This document shows, one piece after another, positions 1 through 14,240 of a stretch of 64,000 nucleotides of DNA. The stretch lies in the NCBI RefSeq assembly GCF_009914755.1, contig NC_060927.1; one strand, written 5' to 3'. Position numbers and translations under genes: made by a program. Position 1 is the stretch's first letter. Every line of letters begins with the position of its first letter. Source of the DNA: the human T2T-CHM13v2.0 reference genome, Homo sapiens. The notes beneath the pieces were generated by a model, which was not told the DNA's origin, made no database searches, and saw only the letters and a program-made list of their open reading frames with translations.

Positions 1-372
1 CTGTTTAGCCTTGTCCTTTGCTCTTAAGAGAAAAATCGGCTTTTGGAGGATGGGGATCTAGTCTGCAGGTGCCATATCCCCTTTGCTACTTCCTCCTGCA
101 GCCAATAAAGGCCATTTTTACCATAAAAAAAAAAGGAGAGAAAGTTGGACACCATAATGAGGACTTTTGTTAAAGACAAATGTGTGGTGGTAAGTTTCCC
201 CTTAGAATGTACCATGACAGCAATTCATCCGGGCTTAATATGTGAGCGATTGAGTTGTGTTCCTGTTGGTCTCTCTGTGAAAGTTGGTTTGATTTTGCTT
301 TAAGAACCCAGCTCCTGGAAGCATGACTTTGAACTTCTCAATCATTGGTCAGGTGGTCGGTTTATAGTTTTG

Positions 373-564
<192 letters not shown>

Positions 565-1254
565 TGAATGTTTTCCCCAGGAGCTAAAAAAGACAATGAG
601 TATACAGGCTTGTTCAGACAAACACCGGATCATTCTTTGCTGGAGGAAACAATCGTTCAAATCCATTTTCTCTCGCCTGCATCTGGGGAATTCAGATTTT
701 AGATTTTGTGAATCTGTTAATGGCAGAGGGCTTGGAATCACAAAACAGCTCCTCATTTAGCTTTAGAGTTATGAAAGCGCCAGAGAGTTGGCTTATACCT
801 TCCTCCTGAAATAAGAAATAATTAGCACCTCATGTGACAACTCATTCGACACGTTAGTCACCAGGCGTGCGTTTGTCCCATGCTAATGTGAATCTGGTGT
901 GAATCTATGGTTTCATTTTCTTTTCAGTGTGTAGTGTAATGAAATTCTCTCTTAGTCTCAATTTTATGAAATAGTGGTGAAGAAAAAGATGTAGCGAGGT
1001 TATTAAGCCCTTCCCCAGCCTTGAGATATGCTTAACTCTTACTCTTCTTAACTCATTGAAGTGATTTAACTTTGATTACCCAGGTAATTCAGGCGAAAGA
1101 CCTATTCTCTTGTGTTCACTGTTTAGACCGGCTGGTGATTACCTGTTTAATGAAAGGCAGTGAGTTTAACAATTCCATTAAATTTCACACCCTATAAAAC
1201 ATGGAAGTCATTGGCAGCATCAATGCTGCATGAGTTTAATAATGGGAAATAATG

Positions 1255-1450
1255 CTTTATGGAACTACACAGTTTACAAAGCACTTTCTATTTATTATTC
1301 TATTTAAGTTTTGTGAGATGGGTGGTATTATATCCATTTTAAAAATGAGATAAGTGTAGGGTCAGAGTACTTAAATAGCTAATAGATAACAATATCTGTG
1401 GTGACATAGCTAGCTAGTTAATGCTAGAGTGGGGACTTGAACCTAATAGC
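1255..1450 (-). mobile_element. MIR SINE fragment
   Basis: acagtttacaaagcactttc...tattatatccattttaaaaatgag...ggacttgaacct, degraded MIR core. Confidence 0.6.
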
Positions 1451-1699
1451 TCCTCCTTTCTTTTGTACAACATGAGTTCTTTAAATCCAAGCACAGTTGC
1501 TCAGGCAGTTGAGAACAAGGACCATGGGTAAATGATTTGTTACAACTGTGGAGTTTAAAAGATGGTCAGGACCTTAAGGGTCACTGAATTGTATTACTTC
1601 ATCTACACAATGGGAGCTGGAGATATTGCTTCTCACTCTAGGCTTGAAAACTCTAGGCTTAGTTAGACAGATCTGAGCTTGCAAAGACAAATGCTTCAG

Positions 1700-1830
1700 C
1701 CTTTTTTACAGGGAGGTAAGGAAGCTGGGGTTCTGAAAGGGCAAGGAGCTTGCCCAAGGTCGCACAGCTGGCTTGTGGTAGAGTTGAGAGTTTTGATCCA
1801 GATCTCATATCATTTGGTGCATTGCCTAAG
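1700..1830 (-). mobile_element. MIR SINE fragment
   Basis: ttttacaggg...ggaagctggggttctga...cttgcccaaggtcgcacagctgg MIR core motif. Confidence 0.65.
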
Positions 1831-2049
1831 TCGCTCTTAGCACTTAGAGTGAATTTCACTTACCAGTTTACTTTAGGATCCACATAAGTTTTCTTATAAA
1901 GAAATTTTAAAAGTGCTGGTTAAATAGCAAGGCCATTTATAGACTTCTGCGTCACCATGGAATGCTTTCCAGAAATATAAAGTTGCAACTGAGATTCTCT
2001 CTGAAATAATCAAGTACCCTAAGAAAGATGTATAAATATTATCCAAAAT

Positions 2050-2420
2050 ATCCAGCCACACAGAAACTCTCAGTAAAGTCCCCAGAGTAGAACTAGAATG
2101 AGGCACACTTTCTGATAAACTTAGAAATAATTGATAAATGAAAACACAAATAGCAAAGCAGAAGCTTTATTAATTGGAAATTATAAATATCTTTATTGGA
2201 TAATTCCTGGGTCAGAGAGAAAAATCAAAATAACATTTGCTGAATATTTAGAAAATATAGATATAGAAAAAGTCACATATAAGAAGTATTAGGATGTGGC
2301 CACAGTTTAACTGAGTGGAAAATTCATAAACTTAAGTATCTGTGTAACTAAATAAGAAAGAAAAAATGAATTCAGTATTCACTGTGACAAGTTAAAATAA
2401 CTCTGATAAAAGACCCAACA
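2050..2420 (+). mobile_element. Ancient L1 (L1ME-like) ORF2 endonuclease-region relic
   Basis: A-rich decayed match to L1 ORF2 N-terminal region (tggaaattata...tgggtcagagagaaaaatcaaa...ggatgtggc...ggaaaattcata). Confidence 0.5.
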
Positions 2421-2499
2421 AAAGCATAAATATGAATTTTATACACATCCATTATGGTTACTTATTTATAGAATTAATTAGAAGAAAGAAAAAAGAGAA

Positions 2500-3040
2500 G
2501 TGGTATCAGCAAATTGGTGGAATAGGATGTTCCTGCTCACATCCCCTCAAAGCAACAATAATTTGGCAGCCATCCATGGATGAGAGTGCCTTCTGGAAGC
2601 TTTGGAATCTAGGTGGGAGGTTTTCAAAACCCTGCTGGAATTGAAGACTGAGGATGTTTGGAGAGGGCAGACCTGTGCCCAGGTGTAGGCTTGCTGACCA
2701 TAGTTCTGGCTGCAGACCCAGAAATGGCCTCAACCCCTTGGGGAGTCAGTTACAACCCCCTTTGGCTTTGGTCCTGCTGCTAGATTCATTCATCGAGGGA
2801 CAGAGGAGGAATCAAGCCTACCTATGCCTCAGGTGACACACTCACCACCCTCAGTCTTAGCTGTAGACCCTTATGTGGCCCTGTAATTTGGCTCCAGCCC
2901 CTCTCAGCTGCAGTCTGAGACAGTCTTGACCACCCGCAAACCCAGCAGCACACCCATCTGTGCCCCCAGAATCAGACCTGCAGATCTTGGTCTCAGCTGT
3001 GAACCATAAAGCAGCTTTATACAAGGTACCAGCCCCTTAC
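2500..3040 (+). mobile_element. Old L1M 5'UTR-like fragment
   Basis: Starts gtggtatcagcaaattggtggaatagga, resembling the L1M 5' start (gtgacgtcagcaagatggcgga); C-rich internally repetitive UTR-like sequence follows. Confidence 0.45.
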
Positions 3041-4282
3041 ATGTAGTATAGTATAGTGTTAGTATGGAAACACTACTTATTTTTGTATGTTGACTTTTTA
3101 TCCTGTTACTTTGTTGAGTTAATTTATTAGTTCTAGCAATTTTTTAATGGAGTCATTAGGATTTTCTACATATTTGATCATGTCATCTGCAGAGATAATT
3201 TTACTTTGTTCATTTTGATTGGTATGCCTTTAATTTATTTTTCTTGCCTGATTGCTCTGGCTAAGACTTTCAGTACTATGTTAAATAGCAGTGGTGAGAG
3301 AGGGCATCCATGCCTTGTTCTGGATCTCAGAGAAAACGCTTTCAGTTTTTCCATATTCAATATAATGTTAGGTGTGGGTTTTTTATATATGGCTTTACTG
3401 CATTGAGGTAAACTCTATCTTATTTTGCTGAGAGTTATCATTTAACATGAAATGGTGTTATATTTTGTCAAATGCTTTTTCTGCATCTATTGAGATGATC
3501 ATGCGGGTTTTTTGGCCTTTCATTCTGTTAATATGATGTATCATGTTTATTGATTTACATATGTTGAATCATCTTTGCATCCCAGGGATAGATCCCACTT
3601 GATCATGGTGTATGATTCTGTTAATGTGTTGTTGAATTTGGTTTGCCAGTATTTTACTGAGAATATTTGCAACGATGTTCATCTCAGATATTGGCCTGTA
3701 GTTTTCTTTTCTTGTGCTGTATTTGTCTGGCAATGAAATCAGGATGATGCTGGCCTCATAAAATGAGTTTGAAAGTGTTCTCTCCTCTCCACATTTTTTG
3801 GAATAGGTTGAGAAGAATTGGCATTAATTTTTCTTTAAATTCTTTGTAGAATTTACCTGTGAAGCCATCTGGTGCCAAGCTTTTCTTTGTTGGGAGGTTT
3901 TTGATTACTGATTTAATCTCCTCACTCATTATTGGTCTGTTCAGCTTTTCTGTTTCTTTGTGATACAGTCTTGAAGGTTATATGTCGCTAACACTTTACC
4001 AGTTTCCTCTAGATTATCCAATTTGTTTGCATATAATTGTTCATGGTATCCTCTTATGGTCCTTTGTATTTCTGTTGTATCAGTAATGTCTCCTCTTTCA
4101 TTTATAATTTTATTTGAATCTTCTTTTTGTCTTGATTAGTTTAGCTGAAGATTTTTCAATTTTGTTTACCTTTTCCAAAAACAAACTCTTGGTTTCATTG
4201 ATTTTTAAAATTATTTTCCTATTTTATTTCTAGTCTAATCTTTATTATTTCCTTCCTTCTGCTAACTTTGGCCCTACAATCA

Positions 4283-4688
4283 TTTTTCTTTAGAGACAGG
4301 GTCTTGCTGAGGCAGAAGTGAGCAGAGAGAGTGGGATGATATATTCAAAGTACTGAAAGAAAAAAATGCTGACCAAGAATACTATATCCTGCTCTCTATA
4401 TTAGTACTATATCTACTCTATATATTAGAGGTATAAATAATTTGTGTACCCAGTCTGGAGTGCTGTGGTGTAATCATAGCTCACTCCAACCTCAAACTCC
4501 CGGGCCAAAGTGATCCTCCCACCTCAGCCTCCTCAGTAGCCACCATACCCAGATAATTTTTTGTGTGTGTATAGAGCCAGGGTCTTGCTATGTTACCCAT
4601 GCTGGTCTCAAACTTTTGGCATCAAGTGATCCTTCTGTCTTGGCCTCTAAAAGTGCTGGGATTACAGATGAGCCACCATGTCCAGCCC
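4283..4688 (-). mobile_element. AluJ interrupted by a ~140-bp templated insertion
   Basis: gagacagggtcttgct | insert 4308-4450 | cccagtctggagtgc...aaagtgctgggattacagatgagccaccatgtccagcc; flanks ctaactttgg / ctaactttag. Confidence 0.9.
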
Positions 4689-4847
4689 TAACTTTAGGTT
4701 TAGTTTCTTCTTTTTATAGTTCCTTGAGTTGTAAAGTTAGATTATGTAGTTGACATATTTTGTCTTTTTAAATGTAGGCATTTAACATTAGAAACTTCCT
4801 TGTTAGTACTGCTTTTGCTGCATCCCATAAGTTTTAGTAAGTTGTAC

Positions 4848-5140
4848 TTTTTTTTGAGACAGGATCTCACTCTGCCACCAGGCTGGAGTGCAGTGGCATG
4901 AGTATGGCTTCACTCACTTCTGCCTCAACCTCCTAGGTTCAGGTGACCCTCCCACTTCAGCCTCCCGAGTAGCTGAGATTACAGGTGTGTGCCGCCACGC
5001 CCAGCTAATTTTTGTATTTTTTGTAGAGACAGGGTTTCACTGTGTTGCCCAGGCTGGTCTTGAACTCCTGGGCTCAAGCAATTCAGTCACCTTGCCTTCT
5101 CAAAGTGCTGGGATTACGGGCATGAGCCACCATGCCCAAG
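4848..5140 (-). mobile_element. AluJ, full length
   Basis: Dimeric Alu with TSD gtaagttgtacttt at 4837-4850 and 5141-5154. Confidence 0.95.
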
Positions 5141-6901
5141 GTAAGTTGTACTTTTATTTTTGATTGTCTCAAGATATTAAAAAAATTCCCGTTTGATTTC
5201 TTCTTATACCCAATTATTGTTCAAATGTGTGTTATTTAGATTCCATATGTTTGTGACTTTTTCTGTTTTCTTTCTGTTATTCATTTCTAGATTCATTCAT
5301 CATGGTCTGAGATGATTCTTGGAATGATTTTAATCTCTTAAATTTGTTAAGACTTGTTTTGTTACCTAGCATGTGATCTATCCTGAAGAATATTCCATGT
5401 GCTCTTGGGAGGAATGTGTATTCTGCTCCTGTTGGGTGGACAGTTCTTTATGTACATGTTCGATTCATTTGATCTGTAGTGTTGTTTAAGTCAGCTGTTT
5501 CCTTATTGATTTTTGGACTGAATATTGTATCCATTATTGAAAGTGGGGTATTGAAGTCCCTTACTATTATTGCATTGGTATTAATTTTTCTCCCTTAAGA
5601 GCTGTCAACATTTGTTTTATATGTTTAGGTGCTCTGGTGTTGAGTGCATATATATTTACAATTAATGTATTTTCCTGTTGAATTGATACTTTCATTTTTA
5701 TGTAATAGTCTTTGTCTCCAATGACAGTTTTTGATTTAGAGTATGTTTTGTCTGATATAAGTATAGCTACCCCCTAATCTTTTGTCTCCATTTGCATTAA
5801 ATATGTTTGTTCATCCCTTCACTTTCAGTCTATGTATCTTTATATAAAATGTGAGTCTGTTGTAGACAGCATATCTCAAGATCGTCCTTTTTAATCCATT
5901 CAGCCATTTCATTCCTTTTGTTATGCAGTTTAACTAATTTACATATAAAGTGATTATTGATAGGTAAGGACTTGCATTACCATTTTGTTAATTGTTTTTC
6001 TGTCTGCTGTGTAGTATTTTTGTTTTTCTCTTCCTCTTTGCTGTCTTTGATTATTTGATAGTTTTTTGGTAGTGGTTTGGATCAATTCCTTTCTCTTTAT
6101 CTTTTATGTATTTACTATGTTTTTCCTTTATGGTTACCATGAGATATGTATAAATCTTCTTGTAGTTATAACTGTGTATTTTAATTTGATAATGATTTAG
6201 TTCAATTGCACACAAAAATTCTACATTTTTGCCCTCCTATTTTGTGTTCTTGAAGTCAAAGTTTACTTCTTTTTATATTTTTGAATCCATTACAAAATTT
6301 CTATGGTCATTATTTTTAATGCTTTTTTCTTTTAACTTTTATATTAGAGTTACAAGTAATTTGTGTACCATCATTGCAAGGTTATAGTATTCTGTACCTG
6401 GCTATATATTTACTTTTATCTGTGAGATGTATTTTTTTATACTTTTCACATATAAAATTGATATTTAATGTGTCTTAAATTCCTTTCGAAGAGCTCCCTT
6501 AAGCATTTCCTATAAGGCATATCTAGTGGTGACAAATTCCTCGGTTTTTGTTTGTGTGGGAAAGACTTTATCTCCCCTTCATCTTTAAAGTATAGCCTTG
6601 CAGGATGTAGTATTCTTAGTCAGCATTTTTTTTCTTTCAGTACTTTGAATATATCATCCCACTCTCTCCTGGCCTGGAAGTTTTCTGTTGAAAAATCTAC
6701 TTATAGTCTTATGGTTCTCTAGAATGTGACAATTCACTTTTATCTTGCTGCTTTCAAAATTCTGTTTTTGACTTTTGAGAGTTTAATCATAATGTGTCTT
6801 CATGTAGACCTCTTTATGTTCAATCTACTTGGGGTCCTATGGGCTTGCTGAATCTGGCTGTCTATTTTCACCCCCAGATTTGGAAAATTTTTGGTTATTT
6901 C

Positions 6902-8480
6902 TTTTTTTTTTTTAATTTTATTTTTTATTTTATTTTTATTTATTTATTTATTTTTTTATTGATCATTCTTGGGTGTTTCTCGCAGAGGGGGATTTGGCAG
7001 GGTCATAGGACAATAGTGGAGGGAAGGTCAGCAGATAAACAAGTGAACAAAGGTCTCTGGTTTTCCTAGGCAGAGGACCCTGCGGCCTTCCACAGTGTTT
7101 GTGTCCCTGGGTACTTGAGATTAGGGAGTGGTGATGACTCTTAATGAGCATGCTGCCTTCAAGCATCTGTTTAACAAAGCACATCTTGCACCGCCCTTAA
7201 TCCATTTAACCCTGAGTGGACACAGCACATGTTTCAGAGAGCACAGGGTTGGGGGTAAGGTCACAGATCAACAGGATCCCAAGGCAGAAGAATTTTTCTT
7301 AGTACAGAACAAAATGAAAAGTCTCCCATGTCTACTTCTTTCTACACAGACACGGCAACCATCCAATTTCTCAATCTTTTCCCCACCTTTCCCCCCTTTC
7401 TATTCCACAAAACCACCATTGTCATCATGGCCCGTTCTCAATGAGCTGTTGGGTACACCTCCCAGACGGGGTGGTGGCCGGGCAGAGGGGCTCCTCACTT
7501 CCCAGTAGGGGCGGCCGGGCAGAGGCGCCCCTCACCTCCCTGACAGGGCGGCTGGCCCGGCGGGGGGCTGACCCCCCCCCCCCGCCTCCCTCCTGGACGG
7601 GGCGGCTGGCCTGGCGGGGGTTGACCCCCACCTCCCTCCCAGACGGGGTGGCTGCCGGGCGGAGACGCTCCTCACTTCTCACACGGGGTGGTTGCCAGGC
7701 AGAGGGTCTCCTCACTTCTCAGACGGGGCAGCCGGGCAGAGACGCTCCTCACCTCCCAGATGGGGTCGTGGCCGGGTAGAGGCGCTCCTCACATCCCAGA
7801 CGGGGTGGCGGGGCAGAGGCGCTCCCCACATCTCAGACGATGGGCGGCTGGGCAGAGACGCTCCTCACTTCCTAGATGGGATGGCGGCCGGGAAGAGGCA
7901 CTCCTCACTTCCTAGATGGGATGGCGGCCGGGCAGAGACGCTCCTCACTTTCCAGGCTGGGCAGCCAGGTAGAAGGGCTCCTCACATCCCAGACGATGGG
8001 CGGCCAGGCGGAGACGCTCCTCACTTCCCAGACGGGGTGGCGGCCGGGCAGAGGCTGCAATCTCGGCACTTTGGGAGGCCAAGGCAGGTGGCTGGGAGGT
8101 GGAGGTTGTAGCGAGCCGAGATCACGCCACTGCACTCCAGCCTGGGCACCATCGAGCACTGAGTGAACCAGACTCCGTCTGCAATCCCGGCACCTCGGGA
8201 GGCTGAGGCTGGCAGATCACTCGCGGTTAGGAGCTGGAGACCAGCCCAGCCAACACAGCGAAACCCCGTCTCCACCAAAAAAATACGAAAACCAGTCAGG
8301 CGTGGCGGTGCGTGCCTGCAATGGCAGGCACTCAGCAGGATGAGGCAGGAGAATCAGGCAGGGAGGCTGCAGTGAGCCGAGATGGCAGCAGCACAGTCCA
8401 GCTTCGGCTCGGTATCAGAGGGAGACCGTGGAAAGAGAGGGAGAGGGAGACCGTGGGGAGAGGGAGAGGGAGAGGGAGAG
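6902..8480 (-). mobile_element. SVA retrotransposon, full length (probably SVA_D)
   Basis: Reading left to right: poly(A)-derived T tract; SINE-R (tttattgatcattcttgggtgtttctcgcagaggggg...); GC-rich VNTR ~7460-8050 (gggcagagacgctcctcacttcccagacgggg units); Alu-like region; (GGGAGA)n hexamers 8437-8480. Confidence 0.98.
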
Positions 8481-10119
8481 CTGATTCTTTCATCTACTTA
8501 AGTCTGCTATTGAAACTCTCTACTGCATTTATTAGTTTACTTATTATATTATTATTATTATTTTTGTGTGTGTACTTATTGTATTCTTCAACTCCAAAAT
8601 TTCTGTTTGGTTCTTTTTATGTTTTTAAATCTCTTTGTTCAACTTCTTATTTTATTATTGTATTATTTTCCTCATTTCATTAAATTGCTTATCAGTATTC
8701 TCTTGTAGCTCACTGAGCTTCTTTAGAACAAGTATTTTGAGTTCTCTGTCAGGCAATTTGTGGATCTCAATTTATTTGGGGCTGGTTACTGAAGGTTTAT
8801 TATAATCTTTTGGTGGTGTCATGTTTCTCTGATTATTTTGGTGTGTTCTTTACATCCTTATGTTGATTACTGCAGACTTCAAGAAGTGGTCACCTCTTCC
8901 AGACTTTATGGACTGGCTTCACTAAGGAAAGGCCTTCAGCTCTAGAGGTGAGATGGTGCTAATGGGGGTGTAGTACCTTGTGGTCCTGTAATTTGAAGCA
9001 CCAATCTGTGGCATCAGATCAATGGGGCTCTAAGTGCAGGGGTGTGTGGCAGCTCCGAGTTCAGGTGGGAATAGTGTTTGCAGACCCCTGGGGTCTGTGA
9101 TATTGGCAACTGGATGGCTCTTGGCAGCAAACATCTATGAAGGGTGGTCTGCAGTGGTTGTGAAGGCTGTTGGGGTCCTCAGAGGCACCTCTGGGTCCAG
9201 TGGAAAGTGTGCTTGGGTAGGTGGGGGCAAGAGCCAGTGGTCTGTGTCCACATGGCAGTTGGGGCTGATGGTAGGGGTTGGGGTTGACTGTGTGCATGTG
9301 CGTGGCTCCAGGGGTCAGGGCTGGCAGTGTGCATGTGGTGGTGGGGGCTGAGGCCAGCTTATGGGTGTTTAGTGGCTCCATTGGGTTCTGGGGTCAGAGT
9401 GCCCTTGGTGCACTGGCTGGGACAGGTCTCACAGGAGAAATGGGTGGGGGAAGTGGTGGGTCAGGCAGGTGTATTCCATGAAGGCAAAAAACTATGGGGC
9501 CCTCAGTGGCAAAAGTTGCAACAGGGTCTGCAGTAGCTGTACTAGTTGTTGGTTTCCTCAGTAGCAAAGCTGCTGGGGTCCTCTTTGGAGGGGTCTTCTG
9601 GGTTCTATGATGGTGATCACTTCAGGGTCCTTAATGATGAAAGCTGTGGAGGTTGCATGGTGATGGCAGAAGATGTTGAGAACCTCAGTGGTGAAGGCTA
9701 CTGGGTTCTCTGCAGAGTAGGCCACTGGGGGCATTTAATACTCATAGTCCCCACCCTTCTTTTTTGCTCCTAGCCATTTCCAGCTGTCTTAGCTGTGTCA
9801 GTCTCCCTACTGATCTGGGTGGATGAAACTAAAGTGAGTTCTTTTTGCAGCACTGTGAAAGGCTGGAGAAGCTGGAATCTCATTCTGTTCTTCTTTTCTT
9901 CCACAAGGGGAACTCAGGGGCTGGGGATATCCCTCTCAGCACTAAGCTGTGCCACCCTGGGTGATAGGATGATGCAGGCAAAATAAAACTGTCCTTTCTA
10001 TCCTTTCTGTGTAGTTATTCTTGAATTTTGCTTCACTGTGTTGCTGAAGCTTCTTACCTAGACTTGAGCTCTCTCAACTATTTTTGTTCATTGATAGCTA
10101 TCTAATTTTGTTTTGCTTT

Positions 10120-10141
10120 GTGTGTGTGTGTGTGTGTGTGG
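10120..10141. repeat. (TG)n microsatellite
   Basis: About 10 TG units. Confidence 0.9.
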
Positions 10142-10599
10142 GGTGGGGAATGAAGGCTGGGATCTCCTACTCTACCATCTTGCTGATGTCACTGCTGCTA
10201 TTACCAGACACTGTCTTCTTATTTTGGAAATAGAGAAACATTACTTCTCAAGAGGAGATATTTTAAATCTGAGAGTGAGTATGGTAGATGCCTTGAAATC
10301 ATATGCCTGTGCATAATTCAATACTATAGATTTCATTAATGAGATTATTTTCCAAAGTGAGGACAAAAGATTCATTTTGCTTCTGTGTCATTGTGGAATC
10401 TGCTCCATTATTAGTAAAGAAAAGCAACTCTGGGAAAATGGGGCATGACATTTGAAGATTGTTTGAAAATGGGGCAGTGCTTACTGAGATATTTAAGTGG
10501 TAGATTAAACAGAGAAACAGAGATTAAATTTAGAAGAGGAGTTTCTGAAAAAGCCCTTTTTAATGACAATTTGGATTTAAAATTATCAACTTGGGGAGG

Positions 10600-12508
<1,909 letters not shown>

Positions 12509-12957
12509 GAGATGAGGTTTTGGGAAGAGGTAGAAGTTAAGCCATCCGTGCCTTTCATCTATTTATGAAAGAATATTAAACACTATTGCTATCTTTAGAT
12601 CAAAGAAAAAGCCATGGCCAGAGGGGGGATAGACATTATCAAATTTGTGCGTAGAAAATATTTCCCCATCTGAACTCTAGAGATCTAATAGGAGGGAGTT
12701 AAGAGAGGTTGTGGGTCAACTATTTAAGAAGGCTACTTTGCACCTAAAAGCATCAGGACACCAAATATCACCCATGTGTGCAGAGCTAGAATTTCTACTT
12801 TCATTGCTACTTTGGATTAAGGTAGTAGATCAAAACTTTTATTACCATTTTGTAGCAGAACCTATATTGCAAACAAAATCTTCAGCTTCATAAAAAATGA
12901 TAAATATTGTACTGCCCTGGCTTAGGTGGGGATGGGAGTTAGTGGACAGAATTCATC

Positions 12958-13390
12958 TGCAATGATTAATTTTGTTCGTCAACTTCACTGGGCCACAATG
13001 TCCAGATATTTGGTCAAACATTATTCTGTTTTTGAGTAAGATTAACATTTAAGTAGGTAGACTGAGTAAAGCAGATTGGCCTCCTTAATGTGGGTAGGCT
13101 TCATCCAGTTAGCTGGAGGCCTGAACAGAACAGAGACTGACTGACATTCCCTGAGCAAGAAGGAATTTTGTAGTAGACGGCCTTCTGACTTAAACTGCAA
13201 ATCTGGCTCTTCTCTGGGTTTCCAACCTGCTGTCCCTCCCTGCAGTTTTTGGACTTGCCAGCCTCTATATTCATGTGAGCCAATTCCTTAAATCTCTCTC
13301 TCTGTCTCTCTCTCTCCCTCTCTCTCTCTCTCTTCCTCTATCTTTATATACATCTTATTGGTTCTGTTTGTCTAGAGAACTCTAACAAAC
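12958..13390 (+). mobile_element. MLT2-family (ERVL) solo LTR with (TC)n tract
   Basis: atgattaattttg..gtcaactt..ctgggccacaatgtccagatatttggtcaaacattattctg...tgtgagccaattcctt...ttggttctgtttgtctagagaactctaac. Confidence 0.8.
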
Positions 13391-14009
13391 TTTCTATCCC
13401 TCCTCTACCCCATTTAACTCCAATGGGGAGCACCATCCCTACATTCCTTATAGCCAAGATTACAAACCACTAGCTTAAGGCCTCAAGAGGAGGTTGGTGA
13501 TAAGAGGGAAGAAACATCCACTGGGAATATAAGTGAAGCTCTGGTACCCCTCTTAGATTTGTTCTATTTGATCCCTGCCTTCTCCTAACCTTAGAATACA
13601 GTAAAAAAAAAAAAAAAGATGATTAATAAATGGAAAGTATTTTTCAAATAGGATTAAAAGTAATTGTACTCCTATTTTTCCATTTTAAGCATGGAATTGT
13701 ACAACAGAACATGGGTAAAGATGACTAGAGGAAATTGACCTCTTTGGAATGTTAATAAGAGTAATTACCTTCCTAGGCTGGAAAAACAGGAGTGAACAAC
13801 TCATCACTTATATTAGCAGTGCTTCTTAACTATTTGGGTATGAGTGGCTTTAACAATCTGATGAGTATTAAAGCCTTGGCCCTTTCCTTCCCAAAATGTC
13901 TGATTAAAAAGCATTTAATGTTTTGTCATGCTTTCAGATGTTCATAGATATTATCTTAGAAACTCCTGCTTTGGGAAGTAACACTTATTAATACAAATGT
14001 GGCTGGTGG

Positions 14010-14240
14010 TTGTTGTAATGGAATGGAAGGCACTCTGTATATGGAATATGAAGACCTGGTTCAACCTCTAGCTTTGCTACAAACAAGCTGAGTGATTTTA
14101 AGCAAATGGCTTCATCTCAATGAGTTTCAATTTCTGCAGTTGTGAAATGGGAATGGCAATATTCAGTGCAGATGACCATCGTGATGGTTAAATTAGATCA
14201 TGCCTGTACAGACTTTGCACACTATAAAGGTCTATATGGA
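14010..14240 (+). mobile_element. MIR
   Basis: gaagacctggttc...gctgagtgattttaagcaaatggcttcatctc...tttcaatttctgcagttgtgaaatggg. Confidence 0.6.

Larger units (their letters stand above)
3060..10191 (-). mobile_element. Old L1M element (5'UTR, ORF1, 5' half of ORF2), interrupted by two Alus and an SVA
   Basis: Antisense ORF2 RT-region motifs at 3060-3700 (gagagagggcatccatgccttgttc, gatcccacttgatcatggtg); EN/ORF1 sequence to ~8900; GT-rich 5'UTR ending in ctaccatcttgctgatgtcac (RC gtgacatcagcaagatggtag). Confidence 0.85.

Noticed and set aside
62-196. Possible exon (ctgcag|... to gtg|gtaagt)
   Set aside because: Splice-like motifs alone are common; the polypyrimidine tract is weak and there is no coding signal.
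7460-8050. Repeat-spacer-like array suggestive of CRISPR
   Set aside because: This is the SVA VNTR: degenerate tandem units without unique spacers, in primate DNA.
6963-8683. Many overlapping 70-140 aa ORFs
   Set aside because: All lie in or start within the GC-rich SVA (SINE-R, VNTR, Alu-like parts), where stop codons are rare; they are not genes.
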